Of a stretch of 64,000 bases of DNA, positions 36,529-46,555 are shown in pieces. Both the position numbers and the translations under genes were made by a program. Each line of letters starts with the position of its first letter. The stretch's first letter is position 1. The notes beneath the pieces are model-generated. The model had not been told where the DNA came from and did no database searches. It was given only the letters and a program-made list of their open reading frames with translations. The stretch comes from Candidatus Latescibacterota bacterium (GTDB taxonomy: Bacteria > Latescibacterota > UBA2968 > UBA8231): contig CBDETK010000013.1 in the NCBI GenBank assembly GCA_965242865.1, positions 864,001 through 928,000 on the forward strand, written 5' to 3'.

Positions 36529-37779
36529 AGACTCAACCAAGAACAAACTCAAATCAGCCCAGTACGTAATCACGACCAAGCAAGCTAACAAAATGAACAG
36601 AAAGGGCAGGGAGACCCGGTAGAGCCGATGGACGGGTTGTTCAAAGCGAATGCTGGCAATAAAGAGGTTGAGGCCAACCGGCGGCGTTGAGTAGCCGATT
36701 TCCAAGTTGGTTAAAAAGATGATCCCGAGGTGAATGGGGTGAACGTCGTATGCCGCGGCAATGGGCAAAATTAGGGGCACGACGATGAGCAGGGCCGAGA
36801 ACATGTCGATCATGCAGCCAACCGCTAGCAGAAATACATTGAGGAGAATCAAGAACAGCAGACGGCTGCTGATGTGAGCCTCGATGTACGCGAGTAAGCG
36901 CGTTGGAATTTCTGCATCGACGAGGTAATTGGTGTAAGCCATGGCCGCGGCCAAGACCACGAAAATTCCGCCGACCAGCACCATGCTGTCGCAGATGATT
37001 TTGGGCAGTTGCCGGATGGATACCCCGCGGCGGATTAGCACCGCCACCACCAAAGCGTACAGGGTGCTCAGGGCCGCGGCCTCGCTGACGGCGATGAACC
37101 CTCCGTAGATCCCCCCGAAGATCACCACCGGCAACAAAAGCTCCCAACTACAAGCGACAAAGGTCTGCGGCAATTGACGCCAGCCGATGGAGTGCTGGGG
37201 GGCCGGGCACCGCCGACCTTGGAACAAGCTGTAGCCAGACAAGGCTCCCACCAAGAGCAAGCCCGGGGCAATGCCGGCGATAAAAAGCTGATCGACCGGC
37301 GTCTCGGATACGATGCCGTAGATGATCAGGGGCAAGCTGGGCGGAAAGAGCAAGCCCAAGCTGCCCGAGGTGGTAATCAGGCCGAGCGAAAACGAATCGG
37401 GCAGACGCTGTTGTCGCAGCGCGGGCAACAGCAACCCACCGAGCGCGACAATGGTCATCCCGGACGCGCCGGTCAACGCCGTGAAGAGGGCGCAGACGAC
37501 AATGGCCATGATGGCCAGCCCCCCGGGCAGCCAGCCGAGCAAGGCTTGCGAAAAGCGCACGAGCCGGGCGGGGGCGCCGCTTTCGGCGAGGAGAAAGCCC
37601 GTCAGGGCGAAGAGCGGAATAGCCGTTAAGGTCGGCGTTTCGGCTATCCGGTACATCTCGATGAAAACGACGGTTAAATCGATCTCGGCGAGGGAAAAGT
37701 GCAAAAGGGCCAGCGCGCTGATGACCACAAAGAGCGGGACCCCGGCCAGGGCGGCGAGGGCGGCGAGGAGGCTGCTCAC
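36526..37779 (-). CDS. dctM: TRAP transporter large permease
   Basis: AIPLFALTG, GSLGLLFPPSLPLIIYG, EIGYSTPPVGLNLF. Confidence 0.93.
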   Translation of the reverse strand: MSSLLAALAALAGVPLFVVISALALLHFSLAEIDLTVVFIEMYRIAETPTLTAIPLFALTGFLLAESGAPARLVRFSQALLGWLPGGLAIMAIVVCALFTALTGASGMTIVALGGLLLPALRQQRLPDSFSLGLITTSGSLGLLFPPSLPLIIYGIVSETPVDQLFIAGIAPGLLLVGALSGYSLFQGRRCPAPQHSIGWRQLPQTFVACSWELLLPVVIFGGIYGGFIAVSEAAALSTLYALVVAVLIRRGVSIRQLPKIICDSMVLVGGIFVVLAAAMAYTNYLVDAEIPTRLLAYIEAHISSRLLFLILLNVFLLAVGCMIDMFSALLIVVPLILPIAAAYDVHPIHLGIIFLTNLEIGYSTPPVGLNLFIASIRFEQPVHRLYRVSLPFLFILLACLVVITYWADLSLFLVES

Positions 37780-38249
37780 GGGGCCGCGGGGGCGCGGAGG
37801 CGTCGCCCGCCCTGCAAGAGGAAGCGCAGCCCCATCAGGCCAAAGACCAGGGGAAAGCACAGCTGGGCGACCCAAGCGGGAACCGCAAAGAAAGCCGTGG
37901 TGCCAAATGCGCGTTCATCGAGCACAAAGCCCCCGGCGATATAGGCTAGATAGGCGCAAAGCGCGGCGGCAAAACAGTCCGCGCAACCCAAGGCGATGGC
38001 TCGCACCCGGGCGGGCAGCAGGCGCAAGGCCGCGTCAATGCGGATGTGTTTGTCGAGCCGGGTGGCCACCAAAGCACCGACCAGCCCAATCCACAACACG
38101 AGGTGCCGCACGAGGCTTTCGCTGCCCAAGAAGGTGATGGAGAACAGGTTGCGCATGAGAATCTGCCCGCAGGTCAGCGCCAGCAGGCAGGCGACCAACA
38201 GGACGAGGAAGCCGATCTCGAGCCGGTGGAGGACGCGCTGGACGCTCAA
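37776..38249 (-). CDS. dctQ: TRAP transporter small permease
   Basis: 4 TMs, ESLVRHLVLWIGLVGA, HIRID. Confidence 0.88.
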   Translation of the reverse strand: MSVQRVLHRLEIGFLVLLVACLLALTCGQILMRNLFSITFLGSESLVRHLVLWIGLVGALVATRLDKHIRIDAALRLLPARVRAIALGCADCFAAALCAYLAYIAGGFVLDERAFGTTAFFAVPAWVAQLCFPLVFGLMGLRFLLQGGRRLRAPAAP

Positions 38250-39250
38250 GGGGCCGTCCGGCAGGCTTGGAGGTGGCGCGCTATTTGTGCGTGGGCTGCT
38301 TGGGAAAAGGCGCGCCCCACGAGCTCGGCTTCGGCGCGGGCGACGAGGTGCTTGAAGGCCTCTACGTCTTTGGGGCGTACCTCGACCAACGACAGGCCGT
38401 TGTCCTGCAACACGGCCATGGCCTCGTCGTTTTCGCGGCGGTTTTGTTGTCTCAAGGCGACGAGGTGCTGCTGGGCGATGCGGTGGATGGCTTGGCGATC
38501 GCCTGCGGGAATTTTGGCGAAAGCTCGCTTGTCGAGCAAGAGCGCGCCTAAGGCGTAGTTGATGGGAAGTTGGGTGACGTATTTTGTATGGGTAAACCAC
38601 TGGAGGACGATGGTCACCGACGGCGAGGCGTACACCGCATCGATTAGGTTGGCCTGCAACCCGAGGAGCACATCCGGGATGCTCAGGGGAACCGAAGTGA
38701 CGCCGGCCAACCGGAAGAGCACCGAGGTCAGCGGTTCATCGGGTAGCTGCCATACCTTTTGGGCGCGCAGGTCCTCGACGGACGCTACGGGTTGCTGCGA
38801 GAGGATGTGGACAAAGCCGATGTCGGTCCAACCGAGAAAGACATAGTCGCGTTTTTCGTATCCCTGCCGGTAAAAGGCGTCCATTTGCTCTAGTACGCAA
38901 TCGACCTCGGCATAGCTGTCGAAGAGGAAGGGCATTTCCAGCGCGAGGACGTCGGGCAGGGTTTGGCTGATGCCTTGGCCGCCAAAGTTCCCGCCGTGGA
39001 GTTGGCCGATGCGCATCTTGCGCAAGACGACTTTTTCGTCGCCGTGGACGCCGCCGGGATAGATTTTGAACCCCACGTTGCCGGCCGTCTCCCGCCGTAT
39101 ATCTGCGTCCATGGTGCGGAGCACCTTGGCCCAACTGCTTCCTTCCGGGGCGAGAGTCGCAATTTTGAGGAGGTGATTGGGTTGGGGTTGGGCCGCAACC
39201 GAGCTGGCGACGAGCGCGGCCACCGCAAAAAGCCCCTTAAAAGAAGTCAT
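38246..39250 (-). CDS. dctP: TRAP substrate-binding protein (DctP/TatP)
   Basis: KIATLAPEGSSW, IYPGGVHGDE. Confidence 0.92.
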   Translation of the reverse strand: MTSFKGLFAVAALVASSVAAQPQPNHLLKIATLAPEGSSWAKVLRTMDADIRRETAGNVGFKIYPGGVHGDEKVVLRKMRIGQLHGGNFGGQGISQTLPDVLALEMPFLFDSYAEVDCVLEQMDAFYRQGYEKRDYVFLGWTDIGFVHILSQQPVASVEDLRAQKVWQLPDEPLTSVLFRLAGVTSVPLSIPDVLLGLQANLIDAVYASPSVTIVLQWFTHTKYVTQLPINYALGALLLDKRAFAKIPAGDRQAIHRIAQQHLVALRQQNRRENDEAMAVLQDNGLSLVEVRPKDVEAFKHLVARAEAELVGRAFSQAAHAQIARHLQACRTAP

Positions 39251-40112
39251 CGGCTTGGTCCAGCAGGATCTGCGCCTGTCTTTGGGCGGCGATGTTTTGC
39301 AAGGTAAGCTCCGGTACGGCGTCCGCCGGTTGGGTTAGGGCTTGGTTGAGCAGGGATTCGTAGAGCGCGCGGTCAAAAGTGCTCCGAGCGTAGAATTTGG
39401 CCTTGGCTACGTACACCATGAGCACCTGTCCTTGGCTGATAGCTACGGCTCGGTCGAAATGCGCGGCCGCCTTTGCCGGGTCGCCGCCCAACATCGGCGG
39501 CAGGGCTGCGTAATAGGAGCCCAAGAAGACATGGGAACTCCCGTATTGAAAAGTCTCGTCTTGGGCCACGATCCACTGCATGAGGTTAATCACTTTGGGC
39601 AATTCGGCCAGTGCCGCCATGGATTCGGTATTGGCGCTGATCCAAGCACCCCAACTCGAAGCCGCCCAAAACGCGACCGGCAGATCGTCGGCTTCTAGAT
39701 CGTCGGTGACGCGGACAAATTCGGCATAAGGGGCTTGGAGCAAATCGGGTTGACTCAGGCGCAGCGCCAGCGCTTTGAGGCCGTTTACCTTGCCCCGGTG
39801 GTACAGGTGCTTGGCTCGCTGGGGATCGCTGACTTCGACCAAGGTGGCGTAGGAAGTATAGATTTCAGAGGCACTTAAGAGCAGTTGCGGGTCTTGGGGA
39901 TTGGCCACCAGCAGCCCCTCTAACAAGAGCAGGAAGGTCGGTATGCCCGCGGCGACTAAGTCCAAGTCGTCGTGGCGGGCGGTGGCCGCGCTGACGTCCT
40001 CTATCAGCGACCCCACCAACGCAGACTGCAACCTAGCGGCGCACCCCAGCGGGCCCAAGGCGAGGACCGCCAGCAAGATCGCCGTCAAAATGCGACGCCG
40101 GCTAGGACGCAC
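39237..40112 (-). CDS. TPAT T-component lipoprotein (TatT-like, TPR)
   Basis: LGC lipobox; PPMLGGDPAKAAAHFDRA; precedes dctPQM. Confidence 0.82.
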   Translation of the reverse strand: MRPSRRRILTAILLAVLALGPLGCAARLQSALVGSLIEDVSAATARHDDLDLVAAGIPTFLLLLEGLLVANPQDPQLLLSASEIYTSYATLVEVSDPQRAKHLYHRGKVNGLKALALRLSQPDLLQAPYAEFVRVTDDLEADDLPVAFWAASSWGAWISANTESMAALAELPKVINLMQWIVAQDETFQYGSSHVFLGSYYAALPPMLGGDPAKAAAHFDRAVAISQGQVLMVYVAKAKFYARSTFDRALYESLLNQALTQPADAVPELTLQNIAAQRQAQILLDQADDFF

Positions 40113-41163
40113 GGCTCGCCTCCTCGGCCTTGATGGTGACGCGCAGGCACTGCCAAGGAGCGTCCTCTTCAGCGCAGGTGGCAAACATGTCCAAGGCACT
40201 GGCCAAGTCCTCGTCGCAGGCGCGATAAACAGCGGCAAAGAGCGCTAGATTGGCATTGTAGCGGCGATAAGACAAGAGCCGGGCATTGTTTAGCTCCCAC
40301 TCGAGGAACCCAGCGTAGCGGTTGTGGGTAAACTGCGCCTGAATGAGGGCGAAAGCGCGCTGACGCTGGGCAAAAACGACCTGCCGCTCGCGCAGTACCG
40401 CGCTGCGGGGCAAGCCCAGCGAGTAGAGGCTGTCGAGGGCCGCGACGGTCTCGGCCATGAAGTGCCGAAAGAGGGCCGCGTCCGCTCGGCGCGCTTGGGC
40501 CTGTTGCAAGAGCGGGGTATTGGGGCCGAAGTGCTGCGCCAAGAAGAGCAAGGCACCTTGGCGGCCGACGAAGGTCGCCAAGCTCTCGTTAAAATCGGTC
40601 TGACCGGGGGCATAGACGCGGGCGTGCGTCAGCTCGTGGAGGATCAAATCGGCCAGCTGGTCGGGCGCGTAGCCGAGCATTGAACTGAGAATTGGATCGG
40701 AGAAAAAGCCCAAGGTGCTGTAGGCACTGACCGGGCGGACCATGGCGTCGTACCCCTCGGCCGCGAGGGCAGCGCGCTCGGCGTCGGCCCAATCGCGGCG
40801 AAAGAACCCTTTGTAGGGGACCGCGCCGACGATCGGAAAATCCCAAGTGTAGGGGACGAAGCGGTCGGGCGGGCAAGCACTGACGTTCCAACTGATCGGG
40901 CCGCCCCCCGTATCGTAGAAGGTCGTGTACTGATCGTCGGGTTGCAGCCCCACGCTTTCGGCATAGCTGAGAACGGCTTGGATTAGCTCCAGTTGCGTCC
41001 GGGTGGGTTCGGCTAAGTCGGAGCGGGCGAGGAGGGCTTGGACGGGTAGGCGCTTGGACAGGACGCGGCTTTGGCCGCGGGCGAGATGCCAGTAGTAATT
41101 GAGATTGCAGCCCCAGCCGCCCAATAGGCTAAGCCCGATGAGAACTCGGTATAGACAAGTCAT
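40102..41163 (-). CDS. Putative zinc aminopeptidase lipoprotein (DUF2265/Aminopep)
   Basis: WGC lipobox; FPIVGAVPYKGFF, AYSTLG.F.DP, HELTH, FNES. Confidence 0.85.
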   Translation of the reverse strand: MTCLYRVLIGLSLLGGWGCNLNYYWHLARGQSRVLSKRLPVQALLARSDLAEPTRTQLELIQAVLSYAESVGLQPDDQYTTFYDTGGGPISWNVSACPPDRFVPYTWDFPIVGAVPYKGFFRRDWADAERAALAAEGYDAMVRPVSAYSTLGFFSDPILSSMLGYAPDQLADLILHELTHARVYAPGQTDFNESLATFVGRQGALLFLAQHFGPNTPLLQQAQARRADAALFRHFMAETVAALDSLYSLGLPRSAVLRERQVVFAQRQRAFALIQAQFTHNRYAGFLEWELNNARLLSYRRYNANLALFAAVYRACDEDLASALDMFATCAEEDAPWQCLRVTIKAEEASRAS

Positions 41164-41198
41164 CTAGTCGGAGCACGGCTGGCAACCGCTTGCGGCCC

Positions 41199-41681
41199 TC
41201 AAGAGCGGACGATCTTTTCTCCATCGAAGATCACGTTGCCCTCTTTGTCGAGGACGCGGCCGTCGCTGGTAAACTCGTACTTCATGGATTGACCCAAGGT
41301 CAGGTGGCGCTGTACTTCCTCTAAGTCTTGGTATTTCTCGATTAGCTTTTCAATCGGCCCCTCAAACGAAGTCTGCTGCCACTTGGGCCGGTCCTTGTTG
41401 TGGGCCGCCCGCTCTTCGGCCGTCATAATGGGCAGACGCTCGGCCGCGGGGGTGAACCGCCCAGCCATGGCCTGTTGGCGGCGGTATTTCTCGTGGCGCT
41501 TTTCCGATTCGGTCAGCATTTCCTCGGGCATGGCCTCGAAGCTGGTGTCTTGGTCGCCTCCTTGTTCCCGGCGCTTTTGCTGCTCTTCTTGGACCTCGCG
41601 CGCCAGGCGCTGTTGACGCTCGTGGTCCAAGCTATTGTCGGTGCCTAATCTCCTCAGTACATGTCGCGCGGCCTTGTTCAT
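41199..41681 (-). CDS. Hypothetical highly charged protein
   Basis: 160-aa ORF with GGGG RBS-like site, fills the intergenic space; no recognised motif. Confidence 0.6.
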   Translation of the reverse strand: MNKAARHVLRRLGTDNSLDHERQQRLAREVQEEQQKRREQGGDQDTSFEAMPEEMLTESEKRHEKYRRQQAMAGRFTPAAERLPIMTAEERAAHNKDRPKWQQTSFEGPIEKLIEKYQDLEEVQRHLTLGQSMKYEFTSDGRVLDKEGNVIFDGEKIVRS

Positions 41682-41880
41682 AGCGAATGGGCTACCCCCT
41701 GAAAATTGCGTGGAAGGTGTTCAAAATTGGCTAGCGATAAATATAAAGGGGGCGGGTGATTTGGCAAATCCAAATCCCCTTAGTTATTATAGATAGGCAG
41801 TAGCAGATGCTCTCGATGCCGAGGTACTAGTGCTAAGGCTAAGGCAGTCGAGATTTAACTTTTTGGTATGGAGATATAGG

Positions 41881-42900
41881 ATGAGTTTTTTATCGCGTCT
41901 CTTTTCTCATGAAATAGGCATAGATTTGGGCACCGCCAATACCTTGGTGTTTGTCAAAGGCAAGGGAATCGTCCTCAACGAGCCTTCGGTTGTCGCCCGC
42001 CAAGTCTCCACCCAAAAAGTCATTGCCGTCGGCGAAGAAGCCAAAGAGATGATGGGGCGTGAAAACGCCGGCATTCAAATAACTCGCCCCCTGAAGGACG
42101 GCGTCATCGCCGATTTTGAAGTTACCGAAGAGATGATTCGCAGTTTTATTCGCAAAATAAAAAAGAACAAACTTTTCGTGCGGCCCAAGATCGTGGTAGC
42201 GGTCCCGGCGGGTAGCACGGAAGTAGAAAAGCGGGCCGTGCGAAACTCCTGCGAGCGCGTGGGCGCTAGAGAAGTCCATCTGGTCAGCGAACCCATGGCC
42301 GCGGCCATCGGCATGGGCCTGCCCGTCGATCAAGCGGTCGGCTCCATGGTCATTGATATTGGTGGCGGGACGACCGAGGTCGCCGTAATCGCCCTTTCAG
42401 GGCTCGTCGAACACGAATCGCTGCGGGTGGCTGGGGCGGCTATGGATCAGGCTATTGTCGAGTGGATGCGCCGAAAGCACAACCTGCTCATTGGCATTCA
42501 GGGCGCCGAGGTCATCAAGTGGCAAATCGGCTCGGCGACGGAATTGAATACAGAAGAAACCATTCCGGTGCGCGGGCGCGACACCATAGCTGGGCTACCC
42601 AAAGTCTTGCAGGTGGATTCGGTTGAGATCCGCGAAGCCTTATCCGGTTCCGTGACCCAAATCGTCGCCAGCGTGCGCCGAGTGCTGGAGAGGATGCCCC
42701 CCGAATTGGCGGCGGATATCCTCGATAGAGGCATGGTGCTCTGCGGTGGGGGGAGCCTGCTGCGGGGATTGAAGGAACACCTGCTCAAGGCGACCAATTT
42801 GCCGACTTATATCGCCAGCGAAGACCCGCTCTCAGCCGTGGTGCGGGGCAACGCCCGCATTCTCGAAGAGTTCGATCACTACCGCCAGGTTTTGATCTAA
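41881..42900 (+). CDS. mreB: Rod shape-determining protein MreB
   Basis: IGIDLGTANT, RPLKDGVIADF, EPMAAAIG, DIGGGTTE. Confidence 0.96.
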   Translation: MSFLSRLFSHEIGIDLGTANTLVFVKGKGIVLNEPSVVARQVSTQKVIAVGEEAKEMMGRENAGIQITRPLKDGVIADFEVTEEMIRSFIRKIKKNKLFVRPKIVVAVPAGSTEVEKRAVRNSCERVGAREVHLVSEPMAAAIGMGLPVDQAVGSMVIDIGGGTTEVAVIALSGLVEHESLRVAGAAMDQAIVEWMRRKHNLLIGIQGAEVIKWQIGSATELNTEETIPVRGRDTIAGLPKVLQVDSVEIREALSGSVTQIVASVRRVLERMPPELAADILDRGMVLCGGGSLLRGLKEHLLKATNLPTYIASEDPLSAVVRGNARILEEFDHYRQVLI

Positions 42901-42905
42901 TTGGC

Positions 42906-43667
42906 ATGGCCAATACTCGGGATCTGCTCGTCATTGGACTAGCCGTTGTCTGCGCCTTGCTCTTGATGAGCCTGCCTTTATCCTATAAGACCTATATCGC
43001 GGAGCGCTGCCAAGTCGGTTTATTGGTATCCGGTCAAGCCCTGTTTTCACGAGTTACCCGCCACGCCCACAACCAAGAAAAGAGCCGTTTTCTCCTGGCC
43101 CAGAACGCAGCCCTAGCGCTCGACAATATGCAGATGCAGGAGGCTGCATGGGAAAACATGCGCCTGCGCAAGGCCCTGTCTTTTCGGCCTATCAATAAAG
43201 GTACGAGCGTTATTTCTGCCGAGGTAATCGGCCGCGACCCCGACCACATTTACGACACGGTTGTCATCAACGCTGGCCGCGACCTCGGCGTACATAAGGA
43301 TATGCCCGTGGTGACGCCCGAAGGGCTCGTCGGGCACATTACCCAAGTTGGGGCCTCGGACTCGGTCGTGCAGCTATTAATGCGGACGCGGGTTAGTGCT
43401 TTGATCCAAGCGACGCGCGCCCAAGGCATTGTCTCGTGGACCGATGGCCAGTTCCGGTTGCGATTCGTCGAAGCGAGTAATTTGGTGCAGGAGGGCGATC
43501 TGGTCGTGTCGTCCGGGTTAGGCGGGCGCTACCCCAAGGGCATACCGATTGGCACGGTGGTGGAGGTAAATCAGGCGGAACGAGCCCCGGTCTTTTTGCT
43601 GGTCGTCCTCGAATCCGTCGTGGATTTCTCTACGCTCGAAGAGGTGTTCGTTCTTGGCAAATCTTGA
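42906..43667 (+). CDS. mreC: Rod shape-determining protein MreC
   Basis: ENMRLRKAL, AEVIGRDP, SSGLGGRYPKGIPIG. Confidence 0.92.
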   Translation: MANTRDLLVIGLAVVCALLLMSLPLSYKTYIAERCQVGLLVSGQALFSRVTRHAHNQEKSRFLLAQNAALALDNMQMQEAAWENMRLRKALSFRPINKGTSVISAEVIGRDPDHIYDTVVINAGRDLGVHKDMPVVTPEGLVGHITQVGASDSVVQLLMRTRVSALIQATRAQGIVSWTDGQFRLRFVEASNLVQEGDLVVSSGLGGRYPKGIPIGTVVEVNQAERAPVFLLVVLESVVDFSTLEEVFVLGKS

Positions 43668-43755
43668 CAGAGTATGCTCCGTTCCATATTCTTTAGAACT
43701 GTTTGCTGGCGTGAGAGTTAACAAATTTCAATCCACCCGAGTAGAGAGTGCAGTC

Positions 43756-44097
43756 TTGACGAAAGCTGATATTGTGCGTCTAATCGCCGAGGGGACAGGG
43801 CTTACCAAGTCGGATACCGCGGCGGTCGTCAATGGCCTTATTGAATCCGTAGTTGAGGCTTTAGAACGGGAAGACCACATTGAAATTCGCGGTTTCGGCA
43901 CCTTCAAAGTCGTTGAGCGGGCACCGCGCATAGGTCGCAATCCATGCACCGGGGCCGAAGTAAAAATCGCCGGTCGCAAGGCCCCGACATTTAAGCCCTC
44001 AAAAGAATTGCGAGGGCGCGTCAATGGGAAAACCATAGAGGACAAAGGTCCGGGAGATAAAAAAGATGCCCTGTGGCAGGAAGAGAAAGCGGCATAA
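43756..44097 (+). CDS. hup: HU/IHF family DNA-binding protein
   Basis: TKADIV, IEIRGFGTF, GRNP.TG, FKPSKELR. Confidence 0.9.
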   Translation: MTKADIVRLIAEGTGLTKSDTAAVVNGLIESVVEALEREDHIEIRGFGTFKVVERAPRIGRNPCTGAEVKIAGRKAPTFKPSKELRGRVNGKTIEDKGPGDKKDALWQEEKAA

Positions 44098-44161
44098 GAT
44101 CGCTACGCACAAGCGCAAGAAGAGACTGCGCAAGAATCGGCACAAGAAGAAGAACATTTAG
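44066..44161 (+). CDS. 30S ribosomal protein bS22 (AURKAIP1/COX24 domain); absent from the ORF track
   Basis: MPCGRKRKRHKIATHKRKKRLRKNRHKKKNI; GGAG upstream; overlaps the HU 3' end. Confidence 0.88.
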   Translation: MPCGRKRKRHKIATHKRKKRLRKNRHKKKNI

Positions 44162-44174
44162 GCTAATAGGCTAA

Positions 44175-44251
44175 GGGCTAATAGCTCAGCTGGATAGAGC
44201 GCCGGTCTCCGGAACCGGAGGTCCCAGGTTCGAATCCTGGTTAGCTCACCA
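44175..44251 (+). tRNA. tRNA-Arg(CCG)
   Basis: Cloverleaf; anticodon arm ccggt-ctCCGga-accgg; GTTCGAATC; CCA end. Confidence 0.95.
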
Positions 44252-44282
44252 TTTTGTCGTCACAGTATGGTCGGATAATTGT

Positions 44283-44360
44283 CGGGGTGTGGCGCAGCCC
44301 GGCTAGCGCGCTTCCTTGGGGTGGAAGAGGTCGCTGGTTCAAATCCAGTCACCCCGACCA
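44283..44360 (+). tRNA. tRNA-Pro(GGG)
   Basis: Anticodon arm cttcc-ttGGGgt-ggaag; GTTCAAATC; CCA end. Confidence 0.95.
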
Positions 44361-44397
44361 TTTTTTATTGTATCGTCTGTTTGTCCATATCGGGTAT

Positions 44398-44475
44398 CGG
44401 GGTGTAGCGCAGCCCGGCTAGCGCACCTGCTTCGGGAGCAGGGGGTCGCCGGTTCAAATCCGGCCACCCCGACCA
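44398..44475 (+). tRNA. tRNA-Pro(CGG)
   Basis: Anticodon arm cctgc-ttCGGga-gcagg; GTTCAAATC; CCA end. Confidence 0.95.
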
Positions 44476-44477
44476 TG

Positions 44478-44521
44478 ATTAAGTCCCTGTGAGATTTTTA
44501 CTTACAGGGACTTAATTTTTT
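44478..44521 (+). terminator. Intrinsic terminator after tRNA cluster
   Basis: attaagtccctgt...acagggacttaat followed by T-run. Confidence 0.8.
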
Positions 44522-44537
44522 GCGATTGATATGAGGT

Positions 44538-45629
44538 ATGGCTCTCTCCATCGGCATAATTGGCTTACCCAACGTAGGCAAATCAACGCTCTTCAACGCG
44601 CTAACGGGCGATGGGGCCGAGGTATCTAATTACCCGTTTTGCACCGTGTCTCCCAATGTGGGTACAGTCGACGTCCCCGACCCGCGCTTGGAGCGGCTAA
44701 GCGAGGTTATTCAGCCCCAATCCACGACGCCGACGAGCATCCACTTTGTCGATATTGCCGGGCTGGTGCGAGGCGCGCACCAAGGTGCTGGGTTGGGCAA
44801 TCAATTTCTCGCCCACATTAGAGACGTCGATGCCTTGGTCCACGTGGTGCGCTGTTTTGACGACGCGCAGGTAAGCCATGTCGATGGGGCGATCGACCCC
44901 TTGCGCGATATTGAGACCATTGAAACGGAGTTGCTGCTCGCTGATTTGGCGGTCATGGAAAAGGCCGTGCCTTATCTAGATAAAGTGGTCCGCTCTGAGC
45001 CGCGGAGTACGCGGACGCACGAGTTGGCGGCCGGCGTCAAGGTCTTAGAGGGGTTGCAACGCGGAACGAGCGCGGCGGCACTGGGATTGACTAAAGAAGA
45101 ACGGGACGCGCTCGCTCCGCATCGCTTGCTGACGGCAAGGCCGGTACTGTACGCGGCCAATGTCGGGGAAGCAGAGGCCGATGCGCCGGGCCCATGGGTG
45201 GCCCGACTGGTCGAGCGCTATGGAGCGGAGCAAGTGCTGGTCGTCTCGGCACCGCTCCAAGCGGAGATGGCCGGTCTAAGCCGAGCGGAGAGAGCGGCGT
45301 TCATGCGGGAATTGGGGCTGGAGCACGGGGGCGTTGAGGGCTTAGTCCAAGCCGGATACACGTTGCTGAATCTGATTACCTTCTACACGCTCGCCAACGG
45401 CAAGCTGCAGGCTTGGCAGTTGCCGCGTGGGGAAAAGGCACCGCGAGCGGCCGGGCGGATTCACTCGGACATGGAAACGGGGTTTATCCGCGCCGAACTG
45501 GCCTCTTGTGACCAACTGCTCGCGATGGGGGGGTGGGCACCGCTAAAGGCGGCGGGGCAATTGCGGAGCGAAGGCCGGGATTACACCGTCGCCGATGGAG
45601 ACGTCATCACCTTCCTTTTTAAGATTTGA
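44538..45629 (+). CDS. ychF: Obg-family ATPase YchF
   Basis: [30 protein letters not shown]. Confidence 0.95.
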   Translation: MALSIGIIGLPNVGKSTLFNALTGDGAEVSNYPFCTVSPNVGTVDVPDPRLERLSEVIQPQSTTPTSIHFVDIAGLVRGAHQGAGLGNQFLAHIRDVDALVHVVRCFDDAQVSHVDGAIDPLRDIETIETELLLADLAVMEKAVPYLDKVVRSEPRSTRTHELAAGVKVLEGLQRGTSAAALGLTKEERDALAPHRLLTARPVLYAANVGEAEADAPGPWVARLVERYGAEQVLVVSAPLQAEMAGLSRAERAAFMRELGLEHGGVEGLVQAGYTLLNLITFYTLANGKLQAWQLPRGEKAPRAAGRIHSDMETGFIRAELASCDQLLAMGGWAPLKAAGQLRSEGRDYTVADGDVITFLFKI

Positions 45630-45724
45630 GGCTTGGAAGACTCAGTACAGTGGCGTTGCTCGGTTCGGTCGCCTATCTTCTGCTGTCTAACACCCAGACC
45701 AATCCCCGGCGGCTGGATGGCTGT

Positions 45725-46555
45725 ATGATAATTTGGCTAAAAATCGCCTTGGCAATGGCCCTGCTCGGCTGTGCTGTATGGTATCTCAAACCGGACGAGC
45801 TCCTCGCGGCCGCAGGACAGGTGGGTAGGGACAAGGTGCTCGTCTGCGGGGCGATTGCCCTAGTGGGCATCGGCGTCCAGTGGATTAAGTGGCAGTTGTT
45901 GTTGCGCCCCCAAATTCCCGAGGCCAATGGGCGCGATGCCCTCTATTCGCTGCTGGGCGGCGCAGCCCTCGGTCTGGTGACGCCCAGCCGCTTAGGCGAG
46001 CTCGGGCGCGGCGTTTTCTTAGGGCGGAGCCGCACCAAGGCGGCGTTGCTGACGGCGGTGGACAAGGTGAGCTCGGCCACCGTCACGTTGGGGTTGGGGG
46101 CTGCCGCCGCTTGGGTTTTATGGCCTCATCTCAGGGGCTTTTTGCTGTTGCTGGTCTGCATCCTCGGCGCGCTGCTGTATTGGGGTTGGTGTCGCCGGCG
46201 TGCGGGCGGGCCGATTGCCTGGCCCCTCATCGCCGGTTTATCCGTCTTGTTCAACGGGGTATTCATGGCGCAATTTCTCTATTTGGTCTCCGCTGGTGTA
46301 GGCACTGACGCTGCGGTCGTGTTGGCGGTGCCGGTGGTGTTTGCCCTAAAAACCCTGTTGCCCTTGGGGTTTTTGGACCTCGGAGTCCGCGAGGCCGCGG
46401 CCGTCTTGGTGTTTAGCAGCCTCGGCCTAGAGCCGCAACCTGCTTTTGTGGCCAGCCTCTTGATTTTTGCCTGCAATGTGTGTTTACCGGCTGGCTTGGG
46501 CTGGCTGTGGATTGGCAGCCGTCGACTGCGGACGACGGAAAAGGGTGCCTTATGA
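45725..46555 (+). CDS. Lysylphosphatidylglycerol synthase TM-domain protein
   Basis: KWQLLL, TPSRLGELGR, LGVREAA. Confidence 0.75.
   Translation: MIIWLKIALAMALLGCAVWYLKPDELLAAAGQVGRDKVLVCGAIALVGIGVQWIKWQLLLRPQIPEANGRDALYSLLGGAALGLVTPSRLGELGRGVFLGRSRTKAALLTAVDKVSSATVTLGLGAAAAWVLWPHLRGFLLLLVCILGALLYWGWCRRRAGGPIAWPLIAGLSVLFNGVFMAQFLYLVSAGVGTDAAVVLAVPVVFALKTLLPLGFLDLGVREAAAVLVFSSLGLEPQPAFVASLLIFACNVCLPAGLGWLWIGSRRLRTTEKGAL

Noticed and set aside
44175-44521. tRNA cluster as an island integration site
   Set aside because: No duplicated tRNA 3' end noticed in the window; flanks are housekeeping genes
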